From Camelus ferus (Eukaryota), in the NCBI RefSeq assembly GCF_009834535.1, contig NC_045696.1, positions 112,532,001 to 112,596,000 of the forward strand: DNA of 64,000 nucleotides, read 5' to 3'. Below the pieces are notes generated by a model. That model did no database searches and was not told the DNA's origin. It saw only the letters and a list, made by a program, of their open reading frames with translations. Made by a program: the position numbers and the translations under genes. The first letter of the stretch is position 1. Every line of letters begins with the position of its first letter. Shown piece by piece: positions 35,926-49,009 of this stretch.

Positions 35926-36537
35926 GATGTACATTTAATTTCAACCTTGCTGTTCCAGAAAGAAATTAATGCATAAATTCTTTCTGAAGGTATATTTTTT
36001 TCACTCTGCCCATGAGTTAAGAGACATGTGTTAACCATATTTCTGTATTCACCACTGTAGGTGATCTCAGAGTTAAGGAAAAAAAAAAAAAAGACTTCAT
36101 ACATTTGCTGGGTCTCTACAGAGTTGTCCATAAACTGCAGTAAATACCAGTGTGAAAACCCTCTGTTAAGCAAAGATAACTACCTTATATGTGCACTGTC
36201 ACTTCAGATATTCATGGGTCAAGCTTTCTTCAAAGAAGAAAGACCTGCCTATATGGGACCATGTTCCTGACAAGCTTCCAATTTCTTGCTGGAGTTGAGA
36301 AATTTAATGAGTTACTTTTTGAAAACATGTTTTTCTTGGGGTGAAGGATTAGAAAAACATCAAAATCACCATCAGATTTAAGTTCTTTCTAACAGTTCTT
36401 TCTATAGGGTAGTTATTGAAAATACTCATGGAATATTAACTTTAGAAGGGACATCAGATGCAACTTAATTTAATCATGTAGAAAGATTTTCTCTTCCCAT
36501 GAGTAGTGACTTCCTCTATTTAAATACTCCCAGTGAT

Positions 36538-37289
36538 AGCTGGTGGGAATGTAGTTTGGTGCAGCCATTATGGAAAACAGTATGGAGACTCCTTAAAAAA
36601 CTAAAAACAGACTTAGTGTATGATCCAACAATCCCATTGCTGGGTATATATCTGGAGGGAACTCTAATTTGAAAAGATACATGCACCCTGATGTTCATAG
36701 CAGCACTAAATACAATAGCCAAGCCATGGGAGCAACCTAAATGTCCATGAACAGATGAGTGGATAAAAAAGTTGTGGTATATTTATACAATAGAACACTA
36801 CTTAGCCATAAAAAAGAATAAAATAATGCCATTTGCAGCAACATGGATGGATCTAGAGATTGTCATTCTAAGTGAAATAAGTAAGAAAGAGAAAGAAAAA
36901 TATCATATGATACAAATACCATATGATACAATACAAAATTCCACTCTTATGCGGAATCAGGAAAAAATGGACACTACTGAATTCATCTACAAAACGGAAA
37001 CAGACTCGCAGACATAGTAAACAATCTTACAGTTACTGGGGAAAGGGGATGGGAAGGGATAAATTTGGGAATTTGAGATTTGCAAATGTTAGACACTATA
37101 TATAAAAACAGATTTTAAAAAAGTTTCTTCTGTATAGCACAGGGAACTATGTTCAATATCTTGTAATAACCTTTAATGAAAAAGAATATGAAAATGAATA
37201 TAGGTATGTATATGCATGATTGGCACATTGTGCTGTATATCAGAAATTGATACACTGTAACTGACTACTTCAATTAAAAAAGAAGAATT
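36538..37289 (+). mobile_element. 5'-truncated camelid L1 with TSD
   Basis: ORF2 C-terminus ([34 protein letters not shown]) plus 3' UTR and A tail. TSD aaatactcccagtgat (36522-36537) / aaatactctcagtgat (37290-37305) at a TTT/AAA site. Confidence 0.95.
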
Positions 37290-37494
37290 AAATACTCTCA
37301 GTGATGGAGCTCATTGCTCTGTACTCTGGTTCTATTTTTATCCACTTCTATAATTGTTACAGAATTCTCTATGTTAAGTTGAACTGTGTCTTCCTATAAC
37401 TCCATTTCCACCCTCCCTCTAGGGCCACCCATAATAACCCTAATTCATCTTATTTCCTGAAAAATATTTTTAAAGACACCAAATATTAACTACC

Positions 37495-37700
37495 ACTTGT
37501 TGAGATTTTACTGTGTATTGGGTACCATATCAAGTATATTATGTGTATTATTAATTTACTCTTCATAGCAATATCAAGAAATTGGTGCATGAATCCTCCC
37601 TTTACAGGGGAACAGATGGAGGACTAGGAGATTCCCTACCCTACTGAAGACAACATAGACAGTGGAAGATGGCTTTGAATGCTGGTGTCTGATGCCAACA
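37495..37700 (-). mobile_element. MIR SINE
   Basis: cacttgttgagattttactgtgta...tttacaggggaacagatggagg...ggctttgaat. Confidence 0.55.
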
Positions 37701-37742
37701 TGCTCTGTGTTTCAGCAAACCTAAGATTCAAGTCTTCTTTCA

Positions 37743-37905
37743 GCAGGTTCTAAGCCTTTCAGGGGGTTATCACAAGATTCTTTGACAATGCAACGAAAGC
37801 TATGGACTCTCTTGGGAAAATGCAGCCCAAAGACATACATTTTTAACCCTCATTTGGTACATTCATAGATCCTCTGCTCCCATCCATAAAGCATAGGATC
37901 CAAGA
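37743..37905. mobile_element. hAT-Charlie MITE (MER103C-like)
   Basis: ggttctaagccttt...gaaagctatggactctcttgggaaaatgca...ttcatagatcctctg..cccatccat. Similar degraded copies lie near 56335-56490 and 57210-57310. Confidence 0.55.
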
Positions 37906-40349
37906 TTTTTGCAAATTTTTACAGTGTTAAGATGATACAGCTTTACAGAAAAAACAAAAAAAAAACTCTTTTGGGGTAGCTCCTTCCTTGACATTAGGTA
38001 GCACTTATGCTTGACCCCAATCTATGGGACTATTCTTCCTAGCAATCTGTCTCCATATATGCATCAGAAATTGGTTGTTTCTAGAGTTTTCTTTCGGTCA
38101 TATCAGCTCCTTCCAGGGTTAACGTTCCCAAAGTAATTCCAAGAGGTTTGTAACACTCCTTTCTGTGTTATTTTGGGGAAAATTTCCTCTTTATATTTTG
38201 TACGAATTCTTCTCTTTTACAATCAAACAAGCTGAACAGTCCCATCCATGTCACCTACGGAGAGATCTGCTCATTCATTTCCTAAGAATTCTAATTCTCT
38301 TGCACAGTATATTGCAGCTGTGAACAAAGCCAAATAAATTTCCTCAGAGAGAAAATATGGTTTTATCCTAGAGATACTTTTAATTATTAAGCAGTCTAAC
38401 TTAATTCATCATTAGCGCCCATAATAAAAGGCAATAAGGCAATTTAGGAGGAATGGAGCGGGGGTGCTATAAAATAAAATATAAAGTCATAACATTTATC
38501 ACAGCTTGCCGGAGAGAAATTTATTCTGCTAGAAGCAATAGTTTCAGACGTAAAACTTGAGCCGTTAAAGAACTTATGTCGACCCTGTGGCAGAAACTGG
38601 CTCGCTTTTCACAAAATGGAGTTCTTTTTGCTTTTGGACACAGTTAGACTCTGTTCCTTGTGGTTAAAAGTAGCCGGATGTCTGAGTTCCGGCCAGTGTA
38701 ATGGACCAGCTGTTTTGGGGGGTCTACACATAAAATCCTTCCTTTGTAACTCTCCAGTCTTTTCCGTGATAATGGACATGACCCCCAGGGCAGTCTGAGA
38801 CCCTTACACTGAAAATTGGGAGGTTACAAAATGGAAGGAAATGGAGGTTCTAAATTGAAGCTTGAGAAGAGCTGATGGATCAGGAGCACTAAGGTAGACT
38901 GTTAGGTGAGTGACAAATAAACCTTTCTTACAACAAGCCTCTGAGATATGAGGGAGTCCGAGCTGTATCTGTTAGAGCAGCTGGCATTATTCTAAGTAAC
39001 ACAGCTCCCCTTAGTAAGCACAGATACCCTTGGGTCCTGAAGAACTGCAAAGCATTTTACATTTACTCTCTATTTTATATTTATCACTACATATCATCTG
39101 GTTATTCTTGTGTTTATCTGTGAATGAGTTTTTACTAAGGATTTTCATTATTAGACAGTTTGGGGTAAAAAGAGTGAGATATTAATGTTGAGGGACGGAA
39201 CCTGAAGGGGGGACTTCTAAAGCTTACTTGAGAGTCTTTCAAAACAAGATAGAAAGGCAAATAATTTGGCTTTTTTGCCAGCATCCTCCTCCCCAGTCTC
39301 TAGGCTCAGTTAAAACAATATTTAAAATAAGAAATTCAATATTCAGCTTTAAAAAAAATGAAAACAAGATGAAGAAGGAAACCAGGAAGTGTTACAGGGT
39401 CAGACTGCCCTGAGGTTCAAATTCTTTGCCAAAAATGGAGTTAGGAAAACCCTGATTTACATCTGCTGTGAGAATTAAATATGTTCAAGTACCAGGCACA
39501 TGGTAGCTTCTCCATAATCCCTGGCTAGAATAATTGCAAGCTGACATTCTTTTTTTACTTCTGAGACATAAATATTTCAGGGAAAGATAGATTGAAGTTA
39601 GGCACTTTGTGGAGAATACATACACACACAGACACATATACACACATGCATATTCATTAGTTACTCAGCAAGTACAGGCATTTAGGCAAACATGGCAATA
39701 TATACATTATTAAAGTCCTTATGCCCTACAAAATTACACATAAAAATCAGAGGCGACAGAACAAAAATAGGTCAAGGCAGACCATCATAAATGTATGTAC
39801 CTTGTGATCAGAGTACAAACAAAAATAACAAACGTAATAAAAATATTGTCACAGTTAAAAGGCATGAATGCCTAGTAAATAAAACTATAGTATCTAGAAG
39901 AACTTTAACTTATAAGCAAACAAACAAAAAAGGTGGGCATAGCTAGCTGGATATAGGTTAAGAGGAGGTTAAAACTGAGTCTTGGAAACAAGGTACAAAT
40001 GCAAAAAGATGAAGACTAGAATAATAAATGCTTCCAAGACAGGACACATAGCCCCGCTGAGTCAGGAAGAATGTATAAATGGGCTCTATTCCCTCATAGC
40101 TTGCTGCATGCAGCTGTGTTTAACACACTAAAGTTTAACGTGCTGGGAAAACCAACATGACTGCCATGTTTTGACATAGCTCTCCTATTTACCAATCGTA
40201 GGTGCTAATACATATTACAGAAACATGCATTGTGGCAGAATACAGTAGGGGCTCCACAGATATTTGTTGAAGGAATAAATGTATAAATGAGTGCCTAATA
40301 GTTCTACGGAGAAAAAGGCAGGCAAGTAGCAGAGGATGGGGTACAAAAT

Positions 40350-40555
40350 TTATAGCATGAATCCTGACTTGGGTCCAAGTCTACAACTTGTTGGCATTTA
40401 ACCTCTTGGAGACCTGGTTTCTTCCTCTTTTAACAGGCCATCAGGATAATAACTTGCCTCCCAGGGTTATCATGAATAATAAGAAGGATATTTTTTGTGA
40501 AAATGCTTTCACATTTCTAATGCACTATACAAATGATAGTTATCAATATTATTAA
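40350..40555 (+). mobile_element. MIR SINE
   Basis: catttaacctcttggagacctggtttcttcctct...ttgcctcccagggttatcatgaa...tgtgaaaatgcttt...gcactatacaaatg. Confidence 0.65.
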
Positions 40556-42274
40556 TAGCATGCTCTTCTGTTGAAGGCCTTAGCAAATAAATACTTCGTG
40601 GGAAATTCAACTAGATCACAATGGGGAATTGCACATGGACAGTTGAAGGCTCTGGGAGGGCAGAGTGTGGGTCAAGTATAGAAGTTGGAAAAAAATAAAT
40701 TTACATTTTACTCAAACAATAGTGAATCAACTAGATAGGTTGATATTGATAGGCTAATGTTGATAGTTTATAGAAAGGCAAGATGGAGTCATCTTATATT
40801 AAGAGCCAGTGCAAGTCAGTGCTTTTCCTTTCTTATTTCCCCTCTAGATCTTCTCCACAACGTGAATTAATTGTCATGTTAGCCAGAAAACACAGAACTG
40901 GTTATTTCTCAAGGATTATGGAATTTTAGAGCTAGAAATAGTTTTATGTTTATCTAGTCAATGTATAATCCTTTCACTGAGGTCCTTGATTTAACCTTAT
41001 TTCTGCTCGTCCAGAAAGCATTTCCAAACCAAAGTAGCTAAATTTTGTTCATTAGGTTGAACTAAGGTGCCTACAAGTCTTAGTCTTATCAAAGCAAAGA
41101 TCCAAATTGTTACGGTTCTGGCTTCACTGATTTTGCTTGACTGAAGCCAAGCGGGTATTGGCTTTCAATGTACAGAGTATATAGTGACTGCAATCTCTTC
41201 TAGTATGGATTTTACTACTACATATTTTAAAGGAAAGAAGTGTTTGCAAAAAAACTATCACTAAAATATATAGCTACTGTATGTTACGCTGAAGTTATCT
41301 TTAACTTTAGACAATTTTATAAAGAAAGAATTTACAGGAGCAAATGCCTTAAACCAATTACCCTGATGATAAAAATCCAAGTAGACCTTCAGGTATACTT
41401 TTCCAAATACCTGGACAATATCAGTACTTTGTCTCCAAATTGTCCATCAGCCAACAACTTGAAATATGCTGCAATATCACTTAGGACTTACACACAGTAC
41501 TAGGTTCAGAAAATGAATCCCACTCAAATCCCAAGTTTTGGGGGGAGGTTGATAAAAGTATGCAACCTCTCCAGAACCACAGTCAGGCTTAGAACTGCAC
41601 AGAGACCATTTCCAGAGTGTTCCTTGGATGATTCACCCCCTAAGGTTTAGAACTGTAGAGGGATGATTTCCTAGGGGTGATCCTGGACTACCTGTCTCCA
41701 AGAGAGTTGTTCAGAAAATTATTTCCTTGTAAAATCATTTTGGAAAACACTGCTTCCTGGAATCCTCTATTGGCAATGTGCCAAGTTCACTGGTATATTA
41801 AAGGCATGAAGAAGTGTTCCTAAAAACAAATACGTTTAGCTTTATTTTAGACAGTGTTTACCAGATATTTACCTAGAGAAACTTTCTTCTCAAATCCAGT
41901 TTATCTACCCCACCAAGGCACTTCAGGGAACATGTGTTCAAAGCCTCTATTTACTTCAAGCTGACTGTATACATCATGCTGTATTCTTCCTACTCACATC
42001 CCTCTATTCCCCTAGTCATACTCATCATGCTTCTGTCAGCTTTTCTCGTCCAGGGGATGTTTTGGATTTAGCCTGACTTTTTAGCACTCTCAGCAACATT
42101 TAGCAGATTTACCTGTTGCTTCCTTTTCAAAACTCTCTTTTTCCTGGATGCTCCTTATATCCCTTTAACTCTTCCTTGTCAGTCGTTTTATAGTCAAGTC
42201 TCTTTTCTAGTCTAGGACCACTAAGAGTGTGGCCCTAGACTCGCAGCACCAGCATCAAAGCCTAGGGGTTTATC

Positions 42275-43258
42275 ATAAGCAAAACAAAGACAGCCTACAG
42301 AATGGGAGAAGGTATTTGCAGAAGATGAGACTGACAAGGGCTTAATCTCCAGAATATATAAAGAACTCATGCAACTTAATAAGAAAAACAAACCACCCAA
42401 TCCAAAAATGGGCAGAAGACCTAAATAAGCAATTAGCCAATGAAGACATACAAATGGCCAATCAACACATGAAAAAATGCTCAGTATCACTAACTATCAG
42501 AGAAACACAAATCAAAACTACAGTGAGGTATAACCTCACACCAGTCAGAATGGCCATCATTCAAAAGCCCACAAATGATAAATGCTGGAGATGATGTGGA
42601 GAAAAGGGAATTCTCTTACCATATATCCTGCAGTCCCACTCCTGGGCATATATCTGGAGGGAACCTTAATTCAAAAAGACCTCAATGTTCCTAGCAGTAC
42701 TATTTACAATAGCCAAGCCATGGAAGCAACCTAAACGTCCAACGACAGAGGACTGGCTAAAGAAGCTGCGATATATTTATATAATGGAATACTACTCAGC
42801 CATAAAAAAGAATAAAATAATGCCAATTTGCAGCAACATGGATGGATCTAGAGAATGTCATTCTAAGTGAAGTAAGCCAGAAAGAGAAAGAAAAATACCA
42901 TATGATATGACTTATATGTGGAATCTAAAAAAAAAAAAAAAGACAAACTTCTTTACAAAACAGAAACAGACTCAGACATAGAAAACAAACTTATGGTTAT
43001 CAGTGGGGGAAGTGGGTGGGAAGGGGTAAATTGGGAGTTTGAGATTTAGAGATACTAATATATATAAAATATATAAACAACAAGTTTATACTGTATAGCA
43101 CAGTGAACTGTATTCAATCTCTTACAGTAACTTGTGGTGAAAAGAATATGAAAATGAATATATGCATATTCCTATATGACTGAAGTACTGTGCTGTAGAC
43201 CAGAAATTGACACAACATTGTAAACTGACTATACTTCAATAATAATAATAAAAAAAAT
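42275..43258 (+). mobile_element. 5'-truncated camelid L1 with internal deletions, inserted in L2-derived DNA
   Basis: ORF2 motifs (cagcctacagaatgggagaag, cctcacaccagtcagaatggccatcatt, YIYIMEYYSAIKKNKIMP). 3' UTR is closely related to 36538-37289, with an A-rich tail. Confidence 0.93.
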
Positions 43259-43269
43259 ACCACCAACAC

Positions 43270-44390
43270 ACCAGGGCCTAGGATAATACCTGTTGCAGGG
43301 TGGGTAGTCCATAAATATTGGGTGATTAAATGAACAAATAATTCCTAGTCCACATCTCCAGCAGCCTCAATATTCTGAGTGGATATCTACATTAGGTAGT
43401 CTTTTGGCCTCTCAAAGTCACCCTACACAAAACTGATCTGTTTTTCTTCCTTCCCTTAACTTGATCCAACAGTAATAATTAACACTAAATGTTATCACTA
43501 TGCTCTGAGCTTCATGTAAATTGTCTCACTTGGCCCTCTGAACACTCCCTGGGAGGTCTACGTGATTAGTGTAGCATTACAAATAAGGCATCGTGAGGAT
43601 TGGAGTTAACCTCGCCAAAATCACGAAGCTTATAAAGGATGGCACTTCCATTCATACTCAGGCATCTTTGATCCAACAATCTGAACCGTAAGTCTTTACT
43701 GGCACTCCCTGAGCTGGTTATTTGTCATACCATTTTCTCTAAGCCAAAAATCTATGACACATTCTAGGTTTTTGCTCTGCCTGCATCTTTTACATCCAGT
43801 CAATCTAAACACTAGTACTCATCCACTCTTCTCCAAACCCTCTGCCATAACTGCACCCCAAAACTCCAGCAACTCTCCCTGGAATTTGACAAAATCCTCT
43901 CTCCTGGATCCCACGTTGCCCAGATACTGACCATAGCAAACTTTCTAACACAGAAATAGGGCCATAATACCCCTCCTTTATCCCATGTTTGCAGAACACT
44001 CATCAGCACTCACTGTTGCCCATAAAATAGGGTCCAGACTCCTTCTCACGAGCTTCAAGTCCCCCCTTTTCTCTGTTTCTCTTCACCACTTACCACTGTT
44101 TTCTTCCAACTCTATCCACTGGCTACACTAAACTTCTTTCAGTTCTTTGAACACACTGGCTTCCAGGACTTTGTACTTACTCTTAGATACCATTGCTCCC
44201 TCTCTCTACCTGGCTATTCTTATACTCAGATGGTCATGACTCCCTCCCTGCCTAGATTAGATCCTCATTGGACTGGCTGTCTCCACACTTCAGTTTAAAC
44301 TTTTGTTGAGTTGTGTGTATTTTCTGAGAGACTGGGGACTTACTTCTACATCCCAGGGCTTAGGATCAATGCCTTGGGCCCAGTAAAGTG
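43270..44390 (+). mobile_element. L2 LINE fragments with an internal MIR (~43470-43700, minus strand)
   Basis: cctagg...ataaatattgggtgattaaatgaac; atccagtcaatc...; gtccagactcctt...; ccactggctacactaaacttctttcagttctttgaacacac. Confidence 0.7.
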
Positions 44391-44574
44391 AAGAAAAAAA
44401 AAGTCACCAGAGATTTCACTGTCTGGTCCAGCCCAGGCAGAGAAACCAACCATTAAAACAACAAGCCTTAAGTGCTTTGATGGGAGAAATGCAATGATGG
44501 TAAAATAGGCACGATTGCATTTGTAACAGAAAACCTGACAAACGGTGTGAATAGATGTTAACCAAATTCAAATT

Positions 44575-44905
44575 AATCAAAAGTCTGGCAAGAGGTACCT
44601 TTGGCTGGTGCAAATGTTCATGGGTGCTCTGAAGGATCCAGGCTCTAGTAAGGTCTACAATTTACCATCCTTAGAGTGTAGGACTGCTCCTCCTTCTGCC
44701 TGCCTCAAGATAACTGCTGCTTCTCCAGCTTTCAAGGGGGAGGAAGGAAAGGACAGGGGACAAAAGGCCCACTTAAATTCTTTTTTTCTTCAATTGGAAA
44801 AAAGAAATCTTGTCCCAAAGCCCCACCCCAGGAATTTCCCCAGTGTTGCACTGGCCAGAGCTATGTCCCTTGGCTGTCCCCAGAGAGCAGGGGGCAGTGG
44901 TTAGA
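44575..44905 (-). mobile_element. ERVL-MaLR LTR fragment (MLT1-like)
   Basis: aaggatccaggctct...caagataactgctgcttctccagc...cactggccagagctatgtc. Confidence 0.5.
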
Positions 44906-45399
44906 AGTGAGTCAGCCTATCACTGCTGAGAACCTCCATCACCATCACTGGAGCAGAAAGAGGAGTGGAATGAGAACAGATGTGGTCATATCTGCCTCAA
45001 GTAAGCAGAGAGATTGTCATGTGCTAAAAGACTGGATTTAGCCCCAAGACAATGAGAAAAACAGGAATAAATATAATTGGATTTGTATTCGAGAAAAACT
45101 CATTTTTGCTATTGTTCTAATCACATCCAAAACTACCTTGAGAGTTGGGAACTCTTAAGGGCCCAGAGTAAGGAAGAGAGAGCTTTCCACTCTACCATCT
45201 GTGAACTGAATAAACCACAGAGTCACCATTCTTTAAGTCAGCACTGTGGCGGAGGCATTGGTTAAATTTCAAAATAAATAAATAAAGGGAAATACAGCTT
45301 AGAAAATTAACTAAATTGAAATCATGGAACAATAAGCCATGACTCTAAAAGTATAAAAAACAGTGCACACTGGAGCAGCGGACATGCTGTATTGCCAGA

Positions 45400-45690
45400 C
45401 ATCAATCATTTATTGTGGGAGCCACAGACTAAGCTTGCAGACCTCCAACAACTGGGGCAGTTCCTGCCCCAGGGCCCCGGCAGCTGTGTTGAGCCTTTCT
45501 TAGGCTTCAGGGTGGTCTAAATGCCTCCAAGCCTTCCTCCCTCTGTCCTTCCCTGCAGGTCAGCCTTCCCTCACAGCTGACTCTGGTCCTTCTGGTTTTC
45601 CCTAGTTCCCTCTCCATTGTCTTTCATGGGCATTTCTCCTGATTCCATCCCTGCACATTCAACCTCATCTTGGCGTCTGCTTCTCATTTA
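45400..45690 (+). mobile_element. ERVL LTR fragment (LTR16/33-like)
   Basis: Terminal motif ctgcacattcaacctcatcttggcgtctgcttctc. Confidence 0.5.
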
Positions 45691-47974
45691 ATCCTCAAAC
45701 AATCCTATGAGGTCAATGCTACATTCACACTGAGATGAGGAAAGTTAAAGGACTTGCTCAACCATGGGCCCGCATTTGGCTAACAAGGGTCAGAATAAAG
45801 CATCCAACTATTTTTTTTGGGGGGGGGGAATTAACATTTGATTTTTCTCCACCTTAAGGAACAAGACAGATTCTACTAGACACACATTTCCGCGGCCAGC
45901 TTTATAGCTAGACTTCAAATGTGATGTGGAGAAACAAATGACTGAGCAGTTAGCATCCTTCAGAAACACTCTTCTTACATCCAGGATGCATGACTTTGGT
46001 GCCTGGATAAACTCCAAAACATGACATCCCAGGAAAATTATTTTATGTTATTTCCATTAAACGTTTGTTTTCCAATGAAGTTGAAAGCTCCTTTTAGAAT
46101 GTATGGTTCCTCCATGTTACTAGACAGAATATTGATGTTCCTCCAAATAAGCTCCCTTTATTGGCCCTGACCTGAAAATTAACCAGAAACATGATATGCC
46201 CCACTTGAGGATCAAAGTCCTGAACAGAGGTTTACTGTAGAATTCTCTCATCTTGAGTTCTGTTGTTAACATTTTATTAGTACACTGACTTTGTTTTCAA
46301 GTGTTTGTCATTATTGGTAATTTTCATGGTTACTTTATGCCATTTAAAGAAAATCACTCTGGGCCCATTTTTCCCCTTTATTTTTCTGCTTTACAAGCAA
46401 ACTTATCTTGGCTTGGAGAAGGACCAGAAGAATCTGAACCTTTGCCTCTAGTTCGAGTCTCAGTCACAGAGCAAATCTCTCCAGTTGATCACTTCCAGGC
46501 CTGGGTGGCCCCTTCTGAAAAGCCTGATAACATCCCCTGCCCAGAACATCTAAAGGATTTAAGCAAAGACAAGCATACACAGCTGACCCTTGAACGACGC
46601 AAGGATGAGGGATACCACGCAGTCAAAAACCTATATATAACTTTATAGTCGACCCTGTGCATCAAAGTCCCACATCTGCACGTGCGACCAAGGATGGATG
46701 GAGTAATACTGTAGTATGTGCTTGGTGAAAGAAGTCCATGTGCACGTGGACCCTCCCAGTTCAAACTCCCGTTGCTCAAGGGTCAGCTGTACATCAAATC
46801 ATTTGAGTACTTCCAGAGATATATGTCATTTACACAAAACACTGAGTATTTTACAGAAGCTCTTGGTCCCTGGACCAGGGTTACTGCATTCCTGCAACCT
46901 AGTCCACAAAGAATTTTGTCTTAATATATTTTTATGTCTGTAGTCTCACGCTACTTCTCCACCACAATGCCTCATTTTCATTTTATTTCCTAGAATCCAA
47001 AGGCTGTCCTACCATGAAAAATAAAAATTCTTTTGGAGTGAATTATCATTCCAGTTATCCTATTTTTAAAATTAAATATTAAACATTTTTATAGCGATTA
47101 AACATAGGGAGAAATTGTATCAGATTCTATTTTAATAACATGGAGCTTTAAGTTTTTTAGGAAACTTTGGAAGAATCTCAAATGCTTTTTCTAAGACTTT
47201 TCAAAAGGACTATTAATTATCCCTCTTACTCTTTTGCTTAGAGACATCTTGTTTTTCTCAACATACTTTTGAAAGATTTGAAAAAATTAAGTAGTAATTT
47301 AAAAAAAAAACCTTTCCCAGTATAAAGTTGATAAAATGCTTTGATCCTATATTCTTTGTAATTTTGCTAAAACCTCTAATTTAGCAAAATTAGTGTATAT
47401 AATTTATGTAAAATACCCATTACAGAACCAGACTGGCAAAGTCAAACCTCACTGTCCAACCAATCAACTTAATCATTTTTCATTTCAATTAGACCTGTCA
47501 ACAAACGCTCCTAACATGACCATATCCCTCCCTGTTTCTGAGAGAGGGAAGTGGGCTGGGGGAAGGTAAGCGCTCTTTCACACGTCAGGAGAGGGGAAGG
47601 GGGAGGTTGCAGAACGGTTCCATCATTCTCATTCGACTCTGCAAAATATGTAAATTCAGAAGTTCTCACCACAAACCCCGTTGCCCGTTTCCATCATCTC
47701 AGATGGTACTGAGAATGTGTCTGAACCTCAGAGCCCGACCGATGAGCCCCAGCAAGATTCGGGAGGGTGCTAGGTGTTCTTCTCTTTTGTGATTTGGACA
47801 AAAGTGGGAAAGAATTGGTTTCAATTAAGGGTGGACATAAGGCTCTGAAAGCAATTTCCTGTAAAAGCATTCTTTTTCTGCCCCATTCACTTACTTTCTC
47901 TTCAGGGTTTACCAGTTGGGTTGAGAGGCACACTGCACACACCAAACCCAACAAAAATTAGGAAATGTGTATTG

Positions 47975-48180
47975 GAAGCAGTGCTTCTAGTCTCTGGGGA
48001 CAGATAAATCGGGTCAGATCCTAGATCTGCTACTTCTCAGCTGTAGGAACTTGGATGAGCAACTTAACCTGATAATTAACAGTATCAATCTCATAAGGAG
48101 GGTTAGGGGGCTAGATAAAGATATATGTATAGACAGTTAGCCCCTAGTACAGTAAATGCTCAATAAAATATCAGCTATAT
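47975..48180 (+). mobile_element. MIR SINE
   Basis: gggtcagatcctagatctgctacttctcagctgtaggaacttggatgagcaacttaacct...tagtacagtaaatgctcaataaaa. Confidence 0.75.
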
Positions 48181-48530
48181 ACATAGAAAGGTATAACGAC
48201 TGTACAGTTTAAAAGTGCTTCCAAAGAAGTGAAAACTCGGAGCCAAATTGCTCCCTCCCGCTGCTAGTCAGAAAAGGCTCCCAAAGGAAGGTGCACTGGC
48301 ATCACCAGAAGATTTAGATGAAGACAGAGCAGCTGTCAGACATGCTGGGCCAGTATTTCATACCTTTTGTGTTATGTTCTTAAGAACTGGTGACCACAGG
48401 CTTTGGTGACATTGTGCTTTTTTTTCCTTTGATCCCCATAACTTTGGATTTTATTCTCTTCTGATTCTTTCTCCTTCTTTCAGATAGGGTCCACTATGTC
48501 CGTCTCTTTTTTATTTCCATGAAAGATACT

Positions 48531-49009
48531 TTTTTTTTTTTTTACTGTAAGTACAATCAGTTATAATGTGTCAATTTCTGGTGTACAGCACAATGTCCCA
48601 GTCATGCAGATATATACATATATTCATTTTCATATTCTTTTTCATTAAAGGTTATTATAAGATATTGAATATAGTTTCCTGTGCTCTACAGAAGAAATGT
48701 TTTTTTATCTATTTTTATATATAGTGGTTATCACTTGCAAACCTCAAACTCCCAGATTTATCCCTTCCCACACCCTTTCCCCCAGTAACCATAAGTTGTT
48801 TACTATGTTTGTGAGTCTGTTTCTGTTTTGTAGATGAGTTCATTAGTGTCCTCTTACTTCTTTTTTATAGATTCTACATATAAGTGATATCATATGCTAT
48901 TTTTCTTTCTTTTTCTGGCTTACTTCACTTAGAATGACAATCTCTACTTGCTGTAAGTGGCATTTTTTATGTCTGAGTAGTATTCCATTGTATAAATATA
49001 CCACAGCTC
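48531..49009 (-). mobile_element. 5'-truncated camelid L1 3' end
   Basis: Poly(T), then cagttataatgtgtcaatttctggtgtacagcaca...ctggcttacttcacttagaatgac. Possible TSD tgaaagatact / tgaaaatact. Confidence 0.92.
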
